Source: a virus. From it: 64,000 bases of DNA. The stretch lies in the UHGV virus genome UHGV-1366919; one strand, written 5' to 3'. The notes beneath the pieces were generated by a model, which ran no database searches, was not told the origin of the DNA, and saw nothing but the letters and a program-made list of their open reading frames with translations. Below, piece by piece: positions 1-9,672 of this stretch (position 1 is the first letter of the stretch; every line of letters begins with the position of its first letter). A program made the translations under genes and the position numbers.

Positions 1-1287
1 ATTCCAAGATTGCCAAACATCTAAATTAATTGATGTAATAGTATTAAAATTAAAAGTATATTGACCGCTTACAAATTGAGCTGTGTTAGTAACTTCTTCC
101 GGACAATATAAAATATAATTAGCATAGCCTTCAGAAAGTTCTACATATGTCCTAGCATTAGAACTATATTTGGCATCTATAGTACATTCCATTTCAGGAA
201 CTGTTACATTTATTTTTGGTAATTGCTGAAATGTATTATTACCAGTAGCGGGAATCCATAAACAATAAATTCCATCCTCGGGAATAATATAAGATCTGTT
301 ATCAACAGTAGAAATTAAAGGGCTACCGTCAACTCCAAAAGTTGATAAATTTAATTTTTCTTTATTATAGATATAAGCTTCGGATGCCCCGGCATTTCCA
401 GCTAAAGTATATCGGGCTCCCTGAATTTGAACAACTGTGTTAGCGGGCAAATAGGCATATTCTGCGTGGGCAGCCTGATTTGGACTTTGCTCATAATTAA
501 TAGTTCTACCAGTTTGCCGCCAACTAATTTTTACAGATGGATTTTCAAATGTATCAGTAGTATTAAATTCAATATTACTAAATTGGAGTTCATTTTTAAC
601 TAGTTCAAAATCTAAATCTCCTTGAGCCTGTAAAGAATTTATTTCTAATTTGGTCAAAGTAGTAATATTATTTTCATGAAATAAAGATGCTGCAATAATA
701 GGAAGGCTTAGCCTTAATCTTTTATAAGATAATCTACTTGTACCGACTACCATTCGGTACAAATCAGGGAAATTATCAAAATTATATTCTTGCCCAGTTA
801 ATGAATGCCGATTTTGGCCATCGGCAAAATCATAATAATCCCTGAATCGCTGAGGAAGCAAATTAAGATCTTTTTGGGCAATTGCAACCGGAATAACAGT
901 GCCCACTGGAACAGTTTGCTCCATAATTTGATTATCGGTAACAAACTGTTTAATAATTTCAATTAAATCCTGATGCTCATAATTTCCGGCATTATCACCG
1001 ATGAGAATATTATTTTTAGCCGGAGCAACAGTAGGAACATTAGTTTGAGTACCAAATGTAATCTTATCTCTTAATTGAGTTTGGCTGACAATTTCTTTTT
1101 GAACTTCAATATGTTCAGTACCAATAGACAATGCAGAATTATTACCCATTGAATCAGCAACAGGAACGGGTGTTAATCCAATACCAGTATCTGAACCGTC
1201 ATCGGCCGGAGAAACACGTAAAATTCCTCGGAAAGATTTTGAAATTGGCTTTTTTGCTACGTCTCTATTGTTTTGTTCTGTTGCCAT
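1..1287 (-). CDS. Hypothetical virion/tail-fiber-like protein, 5' part only; the ORF runs off the window start. It is not in the supplied ORF track because it is truncated.
   Basis: Reverse-complement reading from ATG (complement of 1285..1287) is stop-free through position 1. Translation begins MATEQNNRDVAKKPISKSFRGILRVSPADDGSDTGIGLTPVPVADSMGN... and is Thr/Asn/Gly-rich with repetitive fibrous character. No competing ORFs on either strand in 1..1130. Confidence 0.5.
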   Translation of the reverse strand, partial: MATEQNNRDVAKKPISKSFRGILRVSPADDGSDTGIGLTPVPVADSMGNNSALSIGTEHIEVQKEIVSQTQLRDKITFGTQTNVPTVAPAKNNILIGDNAGNYEHQDLIEIIKQFVTDNQIMEQTVPVGTVIPVAIAQKDLNLLPQRFRDYYDFADGQNRHSLTGQEYNFDNFPDLYRMVVGTSRLSYKRLRLSLPIIAASLFHENNITTLTKLEINSLQAQGDLDFELVKNELQFSNIEFNTTDTFENPSVKISWRQTGRTINYEQSPNQAAHAEYAYLPANTVVQIQGARYTLAGNAGASEAYIYNKEKLNLSTFGVDGSPLISTVDNRSYIIPEDGIYCLWIPATGNNTFQQLPKINVTVPEMECTIDAKYSSNARTYVELSEGYANYILYCPEEVTNTAQFVSGQYTFNFNTITSINLDVWQSWN

Positions 1288-1390
1288 GTTATAAAGCTTT
1301 CTTGTTTGAATATTTATTGAGATCCTCTACTGATTTAAATTTAAAATTAAATTCTAAATTAATCTTTAAAAATTAATATTAGAATAAAAG

Positions 1391-1422
1391 AAAAGACTCT
1401 GGAAATTTATCCAGAGTCTTTT
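1391..1422. terminator. Bidirectional rho-independent terminator hairpin
   Basis: 13-bp perfect stem AAAAGACTCTGGA / TCCAGAGTCTTTT with a 6-nt loop. The flanking A-run and T-run are part of the stem. It sits just downstream of the minus-strand gene ending at 1433. Confidence 0.55.
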
Positions 1423-1432
1423 AAAAATCATT

Positions 1433-1711
1433 TTAGAAATTATTTTCAAGAATTAAATCTTGTAATCCTGCAAAATATCTCTCATCAATATATTTTTTAA
1501 TAGCTTTATGCGGTTTAGCTTTCTTAACGATATTATCAACTGTAAATTCCATATCTCGTTCATAATATTCGTCGCAAATTAAATTAATCGCTTCAATTAA
1601 TAAAGCCCATCTTGTCAATAAAGGAAGAGTCATCTGAGTTCCGTCGTTAAATGTTACAACTTGTTTCTCTCTGGCCTCTAATTCTGCACCGGTCAATTTC
1701 TTATTTTTCAT
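1433..1711 (-). CDS. Hypothetical protein. Start moved to the internal Met (track ORF 1433..1780) to avoid an 80-nt overlap with the upstream gene.
   Basis: ORF track 1433..1780. The Met at 1709..1711 gives only an 11-nt overlap with the 1701..2138 gene. Confidence 0.4.
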   Translation of the reverse strand: MKNKKLTGAELEAREKQVVTFNDGTQMTLPLLTRWALLIEAINLICDEYYERDMEFTVDNIVKKAKPHKAIKKYIDERYFAGLQDLILENNF

Positions 1712-2138
1712 CTGAGTTAAACTTTTTAGTTGTTTTATATTTCTCAGATAATAAATCATACATATTATGTTCATCAACAATTTTTCCCTTTAATACTGGG
1801 AACATGTTGATATTAACGCGATATTCATTTTTACATTCAGGGCAAACAAATGTATTTTCTTCCTTGGATAAATCAATAGGAACCGCGATTGTATTATGAT
1901 TACAAGGACAATCAAAAACTACAGTATTCAGAGCTTGAATTTCTTCAACTCGCTGAGCTAGCTCTTCATCAAGTTCTTTATATTTCTGTACAAACTCATT
2001 AATAGACTCCTCTTCTTCCTGCTCGAATTCTTCTCGTTCTTTATTGAGAAGGTTTACTTTCCGCTTGATAAAGAAATAATAAACGGCAATATCCGCAATG
2101 AAAAGAAAAACGATTAATGATATGAATAATTCAGTCAT
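1701..2138 (-). CDS. Membrane-anchored coiled-coil protein with a C-terminal Cys4 zinc-ribbon
   Basis: N-terminal hydrophobic helix LFISLIVFLFIADIAVYYFFI, an acidic coiled-coil segment, then CPCNHN...CPECKNEY. Confidence 0.45.
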   Translation of the reverse strand: MTELFISLIVFLFIADIAVYYFFIKRKVNLLNKEREEFEQEEEESINEFVQKYKELDEELAQRVEEIQALNTVVFDCPCNHNTIAVPIDLSKEENTFVCPECKNEYRVNINMFPVLKGKIVDEHNMYDLLSEKYKTTKKFNSDEK

Positions 2139-2152
2139 AATTTATTATCTGA

Positions 2153-2521
2153 TTATTTTCCTAACTCATCAATCATCGGAATAATTTTTCCAACAATTAC
2201 CGAGTTAAGTTTATCCACTATTTTTATCATTTTCCTTAATTCGTCCAGGTGCATTTTATCCAGCCCAGGTAAAGCTAAAGTTTCATTTAACTTATTGCGA
2301 ATATTGGACATATTAGTAAACAAACCAATAAAATCTCCAGATAAACTATCTAAATTGCCGATTAATTGCTTATGCTGATTGTTTAAAGCTTCCAATTCTC
2401 CCCTGATTCCTAAAAATTCTTGCATTCTTCTAGGGGAATTATCAAATTCAAACCCAGGATTAACAGATAATTTAAAAGGGGAAGGAGCTTTTCCTACGGA
2501 ATATTGATTTCCCTGTGACAT
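2153..2521 (-). CDS. Hypothetical protein
   Basis: 122-aa ORF with a clean, non-repetitive translation. Confidence 0.4.
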   Translation of the reverse strand: MSQGNQYSVGKAPSPFKLSVNPGFEFDNSPRRMQEFLGIRGELEALNNQHKQLIGNLDSLSGDFIGLFTNMSNIRNKLNETLALPGLDKMHLDELRKMIKIVDKLNSVIVGKIIPMIDELGK

Positions 2522-2560
2522 GCTGTGGAATATTTAAAGTACACTTAAATAAAGTTACGC

Positions 2561-3028
2561 ATGAAAAATCTTTATAAAGATACGTTTAGGACTTTATTGG
2601 AAGCTGAATTGAATATTGACTTAGCTAAGGATATAGAAAATAATCTTGATAAAACTCCGGGTGAAGATAGTGTAGAAAATTCTGAAACCGATGCTTTAGC
2701 TTCTACTCTTGATTCTGATGTAACCCCTGCTGATTATCTTTCTGATCCTGCTACGGACAAGGCTCTTCAACAGCAGATTGAACAGCGAAATAAGGAAATT
2801 GCTTCTGTGATTGAAGGATGGGCTCGTAAAATTGATGATTTTGTCGAATTCCTTAATGGAGCTGGACCTGATTCTCTCCAAACGATTCTGTCTAAAGCAC
2901 AACCTGGTACCCTTTTTGCTAAAGTTCAGAGCAATGTCACGCGCAAACTGGCGAACAATGCGGCCGAATTAGCTGCGACAGCTGAAACACTTCGTTCTTT
3001 TGTTGGTCAGAAAGCTATTACCCGTTAA
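2561..3028 (+). CDS. Hypothetical acidic protein. The gene is GC-richer than the genome average with GC3-biased codons, possibly highly expressed.
   Basis: 155-aa ORF. Local GC is about 40% versus ~30% genome-wide, with CGT/CTG/GGT codons. Confidence 0.45.
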   Translation: MKNLYKDTFRTLLEAELNIDLAKDIENNLDKTPGEDSVENSETDALASTLDSDVTPADYLSDPATDKALQQQIEQRNKEIASVIEGWARKIDDFVEFLNGAGPDSLQTILSKAQPGTLFAKVQSNVTRKLANNAAELAATAETLRSFVGQKAITR

Positions 3029-3034
3029 TTTATT

Positions 3035-3427
3035 ATGAAATTGCTTAATGAAGATTATTTGGACAATGTTCCAGATATGTCTGGTCCTTCTCCTTTCAAA
3101 TCTGATGGAACAAGAAAAGATGACTGGTTCTTGATTCGTATTCCCGCAGAAAAAGTAGGCCAAAAAGATCGCTGGTTGAGAAAGACTATTGATTTCTGGG
3201 AAACACCAAGGCAACATTATAAATCTTCCTATAATTACTATGCAATTCAGCTGGAAGATGGAGAAGTAACTTATGTCAAGGCTCCGGCTGCAATGGATAA
3301 GCATAAATTATTGGAAAAGATTGAAATGTTTCTCAAGGATGAATTCGGATATGATGGAATGTGGGAAATTAAAGGCTTTATTAATAAGAAAGTAGCACAA
3401 GATAAATCAGAATGGAGGCCAGCCTAA
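3035..3427 (+). CDS. Hypothetical protein
   Basis: 130-aa ORF following the previous gene after a 6-nt gap. Confidence 0.45.
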   Translation: MKLLNEDYLDNVPDMSGPSPFKSDGTRKDDWFLIRIPAEKVGQKDRWLRKTIDFWETPRQHYKSSYNYYAIQLEDGEVTYVKAPAAMDKHKLLEKIEMFLKDEFGYDGMWEIKGFINKKVAQDKSEWRPA

Positions 3428-3648
3428 TGCAAACACCGATTAAAGTTTCAAATATTAAATCAAGTGATCTTTTGACTGAATCTTTATATGATATTAAAGA
3501 TCAAGAATTTACTTTAGTAGAAAATAAAGATAATCCAATGTCTTTAGCCGTTAAAAAAGATTTAATCAAAATTGTTTTGGAAGATATTCTAAAAATGCCG
3601 ATTAAATCTTTCAGTGTAAAGAAAATGAAAAAAGCTGAGTCAAACTAA
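3412..3648 (+). CDS. Hypothetical small protein
   Basis: 78-aa ORF with a 16-nt overlap with the previous gene. Its stop codon lies in the terminator loop. Confidence 0.4.
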   Translation: MEASLMQTPIKVSNIKSSDLLTESLYDIKDQEFTLVENKDNPMSLAVKKDLIKIVLEDILKMPIKSFSVKKMKKAESN

Positions 3649-3663
3649 TGACTCAGCTTTTTA
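3633..3663 (+). terminator. Rho-independent terminator
   Basis: Stem AGCTGAGTCA / TGACTCAGCT (10 bp perfect), loop AACTAA containing the TAA stop, followed by TTTTT. Confidence 0.6.
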
Positions 3664-3931
3664 ATTTCAAATTTTAACTAGGTTTGACTTTAAATTATAT
3701 CTATGGTGAAACTACAAAAGCCAAGATAATAAAGTTAAAGTCAAACTTAGCCGATAATTCATCCTCAGAAAAAGATCTTAAGAAGGAATTAAAGAAACGA
3801 AAGTTAATTTAGTTCTATAAAGGATAACGGAAATCCAAATTAATAATTTAAATTACTTTCACTTTTTATTTACCAAATTTCCTGAAAATGAAGAGGTGAT
3901 CTATTGTATGATTAACCAAGTATATAGTTTA

Positions 3932-5011
3932 TCATTTTATCTGAGCCAGTTTTATTAAACCAGAGATACCAGATACAGTATTTTCCAATATAAAAGATTC
4001 TGAAATTTCATTTAACTTTTTTGCAATAGCAATATCATTAAAATCTTTATATTTTTCTCCATACTCTTTTGGCCAAAGGAAAACTTGTTCATTTTCTTCT
4101 AATAAAATTCGACTTTTTTCTCGAGCTGCCTCATCTTGATATTGAGAATCAAGTACCCAAATTCGATTTAATAATAAAATCTTATCTAATTGCTCTTCTT
4201 GAATACCTGAAAAAAGTGTGCGAGAAGTAGTAATACCTCCTATGGCTAAACCATTCTTAACAAAACAAGAATCAAATGGCCCCTCAAAAATATAATAATT
4301 TTCTTTATTATAATCAAGGTTTCCCAGATTAAAAACAGATTTAACTCCATTTAATTTGGACAAATATCTTATATTAGAAGCCCCTGTTACATCTCGAGAC
4401 TGATAATACACTATCTTTTGCTTTTCATCATAATATGGAATAATCAATCTCCCGTAATGAATCTTATCCTTTAATGAAGTAAACCAAGATTTTGGCCGAT
4501 TAATTGCTTTATAAAGATTCCGATTAATCAAATAATGTAAACAAGTCTTAACAACTAAATTATTTCGATAATAACCTATTTGTTGAGGATCACAAAGATC
4601 AATAGGATCTTTGGGCAATGAATCATCCTCCGGAACTATTTCTTCAATAATATCTTTAACTTTATTTTCAAAATATCCGCCGCCTAAATCAAGATAATCG
4701 TAATCATTACTTCTTATTTCATCAAAAATCTCATAAGAAGTCATTCCTGATACTTCTTTAATCCATTTTAATGGGCGAGATGACCAGCCGCATCGATGAC
4801 AATAAATTAAATTCTTATCTGGAAGATAAAAACAACGTTTTATTTTACCTATTCCAGTATCGCCTTCTCTACAAATTGGGCAGGAACAAGAATAATTATT
4901 ATTCCCTTGATTATATTGGGCAAAATATCCTAAATCAAAAAACTTCTTAATAACATACTCTTGCGGGAGTTCATTATTCTGTTTCGAAGTCGAAGAGGGA
5001 GGAAATAACAT
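3932..5011 (-). CDS. gp61: DNA primase (T4 gp61-like, DnaG-type)
   Basis: N-terminal zinc finger CSCPICREGD...CHRCGWS followed by a TOPRIM-like region. Positioned in the replication module next to rnh. Confidence 0.7.
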   Translation of the reverse strand: MLFPPSSTSKQNNELPQEYVIKKFFDLGYFAQYNQGNNNYSCSCPICREGDTGIGKIKRCFYLPDKNLIYCHRCGWSSRPLKWIKEVSGMTSYEIFDEIRSNDYDYLDLGGGYFENKVKDIIEEIVPEDDSLPKDPIDLCDPQQIGYYRNNLVVKTCLHYLINRNLYKAINRPKSWFTSLKDKIHYGRLIIPYYDEKQKIVYYQSRDVTGASNIRYLSKLNGVKSVFNLGNLDYNKENYYIFEGPFDSCFVKNGLAIGGITTSRTLFSGIQEEQLDKILLLNRIWVLDSQYQDEAAREKSRILLEENEQVFLWPKEYGEKYKDFNDIAIAKKLNEISESFILENTVSGISGLIKLAQIK

Positions 5012-5915
5012 CTGTAATGTCTAATCGATTAGCTAAAGTAGAGTACCAATAGTCAATTTTTCTGTAAATATTCCAGAATTCAAGTTCTTTTATAAGAAGA
5101 GTAAAATTTTCCTTATTTGCCTCAGGTGTTTCACTAATACATTTTTCATAATGCTCTTCCTCTTCAGTAGAAATAAGATTATAATCAAATTTCATCATCT
5201 TTAAATTATGTTTAAAAATTTCTAATTCTTCTTCCTTTAATAGGGAAGAATCCTTAAGAGAATCTATATCATAATCAATCTTAAGAAGAGAAATAATATC
5301 TTGAATCCTGGTTGACCTAATTCCCTTAACACCGCTGATATTATCTGCTCGGTCACCCCTAAGAGCCTTAAAAATTATGTATTCAAAACCATTATTAACA
5401 TTATAATAATCTTTAAGATATAGTTCAGTTATAGACTGTTTCTTTTTAGGATTATAAATGATATTTCCTGGAAAATCTGAGCCAATTAACTGATAAAAAT
5501 CAGTATCAGTTGAAACTACAATACTTTGGTTAGGATATTTTTTCATCGCTAACCAAAAAATAATATCATCCGCTTCTAAATTAATAGGATTGATTTGAAT
5601 AATGCCCAAAGAATTCAACAATTCCATAATTACTGGCATATATTCATATACTTCTTTATTCTTAATTTCATCCCGCTGAGCTTTGTACTCAGAATCTAGC
5701 ATTTTTCTAAAATTATAGCAGTCTTCTTTTCTATAATCCCATACACAAATAACTTTTTTAGGAGAAAATAATTCAACTAAAGATTTAAGAGAATTAAGAA
5801 ATAGATAAATGTGAGAAGTTGGTGTAGGTTTTTCTAATACTTTTGAAACATGGAAAACTCTATGCAACAAATTATTAGCATCAATTATTAAGTTCTTCTG
5901 TGTAGAATTTCTCAT
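4974..5915 (-). CDS. rnh: RNase H / 5'-3' flap exonuclease (T4 rnh-like, FEN family)
   Basis: N-terminal PIN-like motif LIIDANNLLHRVFHV plus acidic clusters typical of FEN nucleases. 38-nt overlap with the primase gene. Confidence 0.65.
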   Translation of the reverse strand: MRNSTQKNLIIDANNLLHRVFHVSKVLEKPTPTSHIYLFLNSLKSLVELFSPKKVICVWDYRKEDCYNFRKMLDSEYKAQRDEIKNKEVYEYMPVIMELLNSLGIIQINPINLEADDIIFWLAMKKYPNQSIVVSTDTDFYQLIGSDFPGNIIYNPKKKQSITELYLKDYYNVNNGFEYIIFKALRGDRADNISGVKGIRSTRIQDIISLLKIDYDIDSLKDSSLLKEEELEIFKHNLKMMKFDYNLISTEEEEHYEKCISETPEANKENFTLLIKELEFWNIYRKIDYWYSTLANRLDITDVISSLFDFETE

Positions 5916-5958
5916 AAAATTTATTATACATTATCCTCAATAATCGACGGTGAAATTA

Positions 5959-6282
5959 TTATTTTCTATTAGCAAATAAATCGTTTATAAAGTTCTTTTT
6001 ATTTTTTTCTGTTTCTAAAAATTGTAATTTAATAACCTCAAATACTTCGTCTGGCAATTTCTCGACAAAAGTAATATAAGGCTCTACTACAAAATCTGTA
6101 GCTTTATCAAGAATAGTCTCTTCCTTTGCTTTTTCTAAATCTTTCTTATCCAAAATAAGAATTTTAAAAGAACCGGGAATTACAAGAAATTCATTGTATC
6201 TGCCATTTTTTCTGACAAATACAATGAATTTCCCAGTATATTTTCCTCGATTTATTGCGTAACAATTACCTGGAAGTTCCAT
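5959..6282 (-). CDS. Hypothetical protein
   Basis: 107-aa ORF in the minus-strand replication operon. Confidence 0.4.
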   Translation of the reverse strand: MELPGNCYAINRGKYTGKFIVFVRKNGRYNEFLVIPGSFKILILDKKDLEKAKEETILDKATDFVVEPYITFVEKLPDEVFEVIKLQFLETEKNKKNFINDLFANRK

Positions 6283-6622
6283 AAAGCTTATCTAATTTTT
6301 CTTGAAAGAACGGATTGTCTTTATTATAAGAGGCAATTCCTTTTTCGATTAATTGATATAATATCACTTCAACAGATTTAGTCTTTAAAAAGAAATTCTT
6401 TGGCCAATTTTGCCCTCCATCATTAAATTCAAAAGAAACATCTCCTACATCTGGGTAATTCTCATAACAAGTAACAAAAATTGAGGCTCCAGCAGGATCA
6501 ATCATTATTGTCCATCGTCTGGGATCACTATCACTGAACTTATTAAAAAGCCTAATAGCAATAAAGCCGCTTTGCCTTAATCTTTTTAAGAGATAACCAG
6601 GAGTATCAATTTTATTTGCCAT
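6266..6622 (-). CDS. Hypothetical protein
   Basis: 118-aa ORF. The stop abuts the next gene start at 6623. Confidence 0.4.
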   Translation of the reverse strand: MANKIDTPGYLLKRLRQSGFIAIRLFNKFSDSDPRRWTIMIDPAGASIFVTCYENYPDVGDVSFEFNDGGQNWPKNFFLKTKSVEVILYQLIEKGIASYNKDNPFFQEKLDKLYGTSR

Positions 6623-7393
6623 TTAATTCTTTAAAGATTGAATAAGATAATTATGTTCCAGATTTTCAGACAATTGACGAATAAAAAGAATATTATAAGT
6701 TAATGACTTTCTCTTAACAACAGATACATCAAAAATTACTTCATCATTAAAATAATCAAGCAATGTCCATACATCAAATTTAATTGGAATTCTTCCAATA
6801 AGTTGCCCAGTATAATCTGTTCCTAAAGACACCCTGAAAGAATCTGTTGTATCAGATTGATAATCTGTTAATTCTCCATAAAGTACCCCGTCTTCAACAT
6901 AGAAATAAACCTTTGTATTCCCGGAATTATCTCGAACAAAGGAAAATCCTTTTTCCAATTGAATAAGCTTATCCCTGTTAAGCTTAATAGAAAAAGAAAT
7001 AGGAAATGCCCTAAATTTATCTGGTGTTACCTGAGGAGGAAGAGGAATAATACTCTTTTCAGCCAGATAAAACTTTAATCTAATATAATCATTTTTATAT
7101 TTGATTAAATTATCATTAATTTCAAGAATAATAGTTTCTTCGATTGCAAAATCGCAAATCTTAAGAAGCTTAGAAATATCATTAATAGGTAATTCTAGAT
7201 CAACATTATTATCTCCTTCATCAGGTAAAATAAAGGAGGATAACATAATAATGTTACCCCCCTCGGAAGTTGTTAAAACCTCCATTTTTTTATCTTTAAG
7301 CTTGATAATAATGGACTCAGTAATCTTTGAAATACTTTTAAGAAATAATTTAAATTCTTTTGTCGGAATATGAAGCTTAATCTTGTTTGCCAT
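6623..7393 (-). CDS. Possible sliding clamp (T4 gp45-like). The assignment is weak.
   Basis: 256 aa. The pattern of alternating hydrophobic beta-strand-like segments loosely aligns with the T4 gp45 N-terminal half (for example LKSISKITESIIIKL vs LKNFATINSGIMLK). Replication-module context. Confidence 0.35.
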   Translation of the reverse strand: MANKIKLHIPTKEFKLFLKSISKITESIIIKLKDKKMEVLTTSEGGNIIMLSSFILPDEGDNNVDLELPINDISKLLKICDFAIEETIILEINDNLIKYKNDYIRLKFYLAEKSIIPLPPQVTPDKFRAFPISFSIKLNRDKLIQLEKGFSFVRDNSGNTKVYFYVEDGVLYGELTDYQSDTTDSFRVSLGTDYTGQLIGRIPIKFDVWTLLDYFNDEVIFDVSVVKRKSLTYNILFIRQLSENLEHNYLIQSLKN

Positions 7394-8066
7394 CTGTTTC
7401 TATTTCGTCTAAAGGGTCAAGCTCTTTAAGCTCCTCCCCCGTTTCAAATGTTTCTTCTAATGAACTATCATAATTTGTCCGGGCTGTCCCTGAAGACAAA
7501 ATATCAATAAGTTTTAATAAATTATTATTGATTTCTGTAAAATGATAGGTGAAAAAGAATTTTGCATCCTCATCTAATGAAGTTAGATTGGAATTATTAA
7601 TATACTCATTAGAATCCCAATTTTGGCCTTGATAAAATTCAGGCTGAGGCTGAGGTTGTTGTACTGGGGGCTGCCAATTGTTTTGAACCGGGGGCGGCTG
7701 AGAAACAGGCTGCTGTTGCCATTGATTCTGCTGAAATTGATGCTGTTGAGCTCTTTGAGGATTAAATCCAGCCATTTGTTTAAATTGAGCCATTGCAGCA
7801 TCTTTTTCAGCCTGAACCTGCTGTTCAGCTAATTGGCGGTTAATTTCAATTGCTTGTTGAGCTAATTTCTGCCTTTCCTGAATCAAATATCTGTCCTCTT
7901 CAGTTAAACCTGCTCTTGGATCAAACTTAATTGCCCCAAGATTCTTAACAAGTCCTGCCGTAAATTGAGCAAGAAGAGGATTGGGTCGCCCGTCAGGAAG
8001 ACGGGCGAATTGATTAACGACATAAGAAGGAACAGACTGACTTTGTTGTTGCTGATTATAATTCAT
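7377..8066 (-). CDS. Gln/Pro-rich low-complexity protein immediately upstream of gp32
   Basis: The 229-aa translation has a long Q/P-rich tract (QQNQWQQQPVSQPPPVQNNWQPPVQQPQPQP). The underlying DNA at 7620-7790 is GC-rich. Confidence 0.45.
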   Translation of the reverse strand: MNYNQQQQSQSVPSYVVNQFARLPDGRPNPLLAQFTAGLVKNLGAIKFDPRAGLTEEDRYLIQERQKLAQQAIEINRQLAEQQVQAEKDAAMAQFKQMAGFNPQRAQQHQFQQNQWQQQPVSQPPPVQNNWQPPVQQPQPQPEFYQGQNWDSNEYINNSNLTSLDEDAKFFFTYHFTEINNNLLKLIDILSSGTARTNYDSSLEETFETGEELKELDPLDEIETDGKQD

Positions 8067-8068
8067 CT

Positions 8069-9019
8069 TTAGTTAAGATCAGCGGTTTGTCCATTCAAAT
8101 AAGCTTCAAGCTCATTCAAGTCAACTTCAGTTGGTTCAGTTGGTTCAGTCGATTCAGAAGAACTAATTGTCTCAGTCTTGACTGGTTCTTCTCGAGTAAA
8201 AGAAGGAATCGGATCCATGCCAACAACAGAAGTAGGAGCAGAAATAGGAGCTACTTTAGCCGTAGTATCTGGATTAGCCCCCAAGAAAGTTGTCATAAAC
8301 AACTTCTCAAGTTCAGAAACTTCCATATTTCGTTCAATAGCAGTCAAATCATGTGCTTGCTGAAGAATCGTATCAATATCAGCCTCACTCAAACCAAGAT
8401 CACGCTTACGACGAACAAAAGTGGAAGATTTATAAGAAGTAAAATCACCTTGAGGTTCAGCATTAATATTAAGATTAATACCATCGGCAGAAAGGTCAAA
8501 AATTGCCTTCCTCATATCCTCAACATCAAATTCTTCAACAAATTTTTCCTTCTTCTTAGGATCATCAGAACAAGCTTCTTCAATAATGTTCTGAAGTTGA
8601 CGTCCGGCTTGAAGAATCTTAACCTTACCATTATTTTCAGGATTTACTGGATCATTTACAACATAAACATTATAATACCAGGATTCCTTATAGTTAAGGC
8701 GCTTATCAACATCCTTAAACAAGGCTTCATTACCAGAATTCTTTACCTTAAAATAATATTCAGTAATAGGGCAAGCTTCGCCATAGGTGCGAGGAGAAAG
8801 AACATAAGTCCAGCGACCATCCTTAATAGACCTCCAAGAATACTGGAAAAAATGGAAAATAGACTTATGATAGCCAGCACGTCCTTCCTTTACATAAGGA
8901 AGAAGACGAACAAGATATTCATTACCAGCTTTAAAAGAAAGCTTTTCAGTATAAAGGCCTTTTTTAGTATTAGAAGCAAAAAGTTCAGCCGAGGATTGGA
9001 AAAAATCATTTAGATTCAT
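8069..9019 (-). CDS. gp32: Single-stranded DNA-binding protein (T4 gp32 family)
   Basis: YYNVYVVNDPVNPENNGKVKILQ matches the T4 gp32 core [23 protein letters not shown]. Acidic C-terminal tail. GC-richer codon usage. Confidence 0.8.
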   Translation of the reverse strand: MNLNDFFQSSAELFASNTKKGLYTEKLSFKAGNEYLVRLLPYVKEGRAGYHKSIFHFFQYSWRSIKDGRWTYVLSPRTYGEACPITEYYFKVKNSGNEALFKDVDKRLNYKESWYYNVYVVNDPVNPENNGKVKILQAGRQLQNIIEEACSDDPKKKEKFVEEFDVEDMRKAIFDLSADGINLNINAEPQGDFTSYKSSTFVRRKRDLGLSEADIDTILQQAHDLTAIERNMEVSELEKLFMTTFLGANPDTTAKVAPISAPTSVVGMDPIPSFTREEPVKTETISSSESTEPTEPTEVDLNELEAYLNGQTADLN

Positions 9020-9039
9020 AGATTTATTTTTTTTTTAAT

Positions 9040-9672
9040 TTAATTTTGTTTAATTTCGTTTAATTTATTGCCAATATTTTTTAATCTTTTCGAATAATTG
9101 TATTGTCTTTGTGTTTCGAAGAACTTCTTTTTGAAATCCTCCAAGTATATATTTAATATCTCATCTTCATATAAGTCACTTAATTTCAAGTGAAAAGCAT
9201 GTAAATGATATAATGAAATATATTGCTTCTTCAAATGAATCAGATATTGAAAAATACCTTTATCATTTGTTATTTTCGGATAATCATGTAACTTAATTTT
9301 ATTTTCTCGGACAAAATTAATAATAAACTTTAATCCTTCAATAAAATCATTTACCGATTCATCTGAATCTATAAAAGTATTATACCGTTCTTTTATGAAC
9401 TTTGAATAACTTTTAACCGCAATATAAGTATGAAAAAATCCTAAGTGAAGGTAGGTGTTCGTCAAATTTGCAAAACCTGATTTAAAGAACAAATCCTCAT
9501 TAATCTCTGGATTTCGTTGAAAGAAAAGATCTAACTTGACTAAATCAGTTTTTATATCATCAGAAATATTAGAAAAGTCCTTCCGCTTATTATATGGTCT
9601 ATTTTGACTTAGAGCTAAATGTTTAAGATATAAATTATAAATCTTTTGTTGATTTTCAGTTAATTCTTCCAT
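9040..9672 (-). CDS. Possible helicase-loading protein (T4 gp59-like)
   Basis: 210 aa versus 217 aa for T4 gp59. N-terminal QKIYNLYLKHL resembles KSVYKLYLMIKQH. Adjacent to gp32 as in T4. Confidence 0.4.
   Translation of the reverse strand: MEELTENQQKIYNLYLKHLALSQNRPYNKRKDFSNISDDIKTDLVKLDLFFQRNPEINEDLFFKSGFANLTNTYLHLGFFHTYIAVKSYSKFIKERYNTFIDSDESVNDFIEGLKFIINFVRENKIKLHDYPKITNDKGIFQYLIHLKKQYISLYHLHAFHLKLSDLYEDEILNIYLEDFKKKFFETQRQYNYSKRLKNIGNKLNEIKQN

Noticed and set aside
1131-1376. 81-aa plus-strand ORF
   Set aside because: Antisense to the long truncated minus-strand gene 1..1287. Low-complexity translation.
8087-9013. 308-aa plus-strand ORF
   Set aside because: It is antisense to the well-supported gp32 gene, and its translation is low-complexity (Ser/Arg/Phe/Ile-rich) with no motifs.
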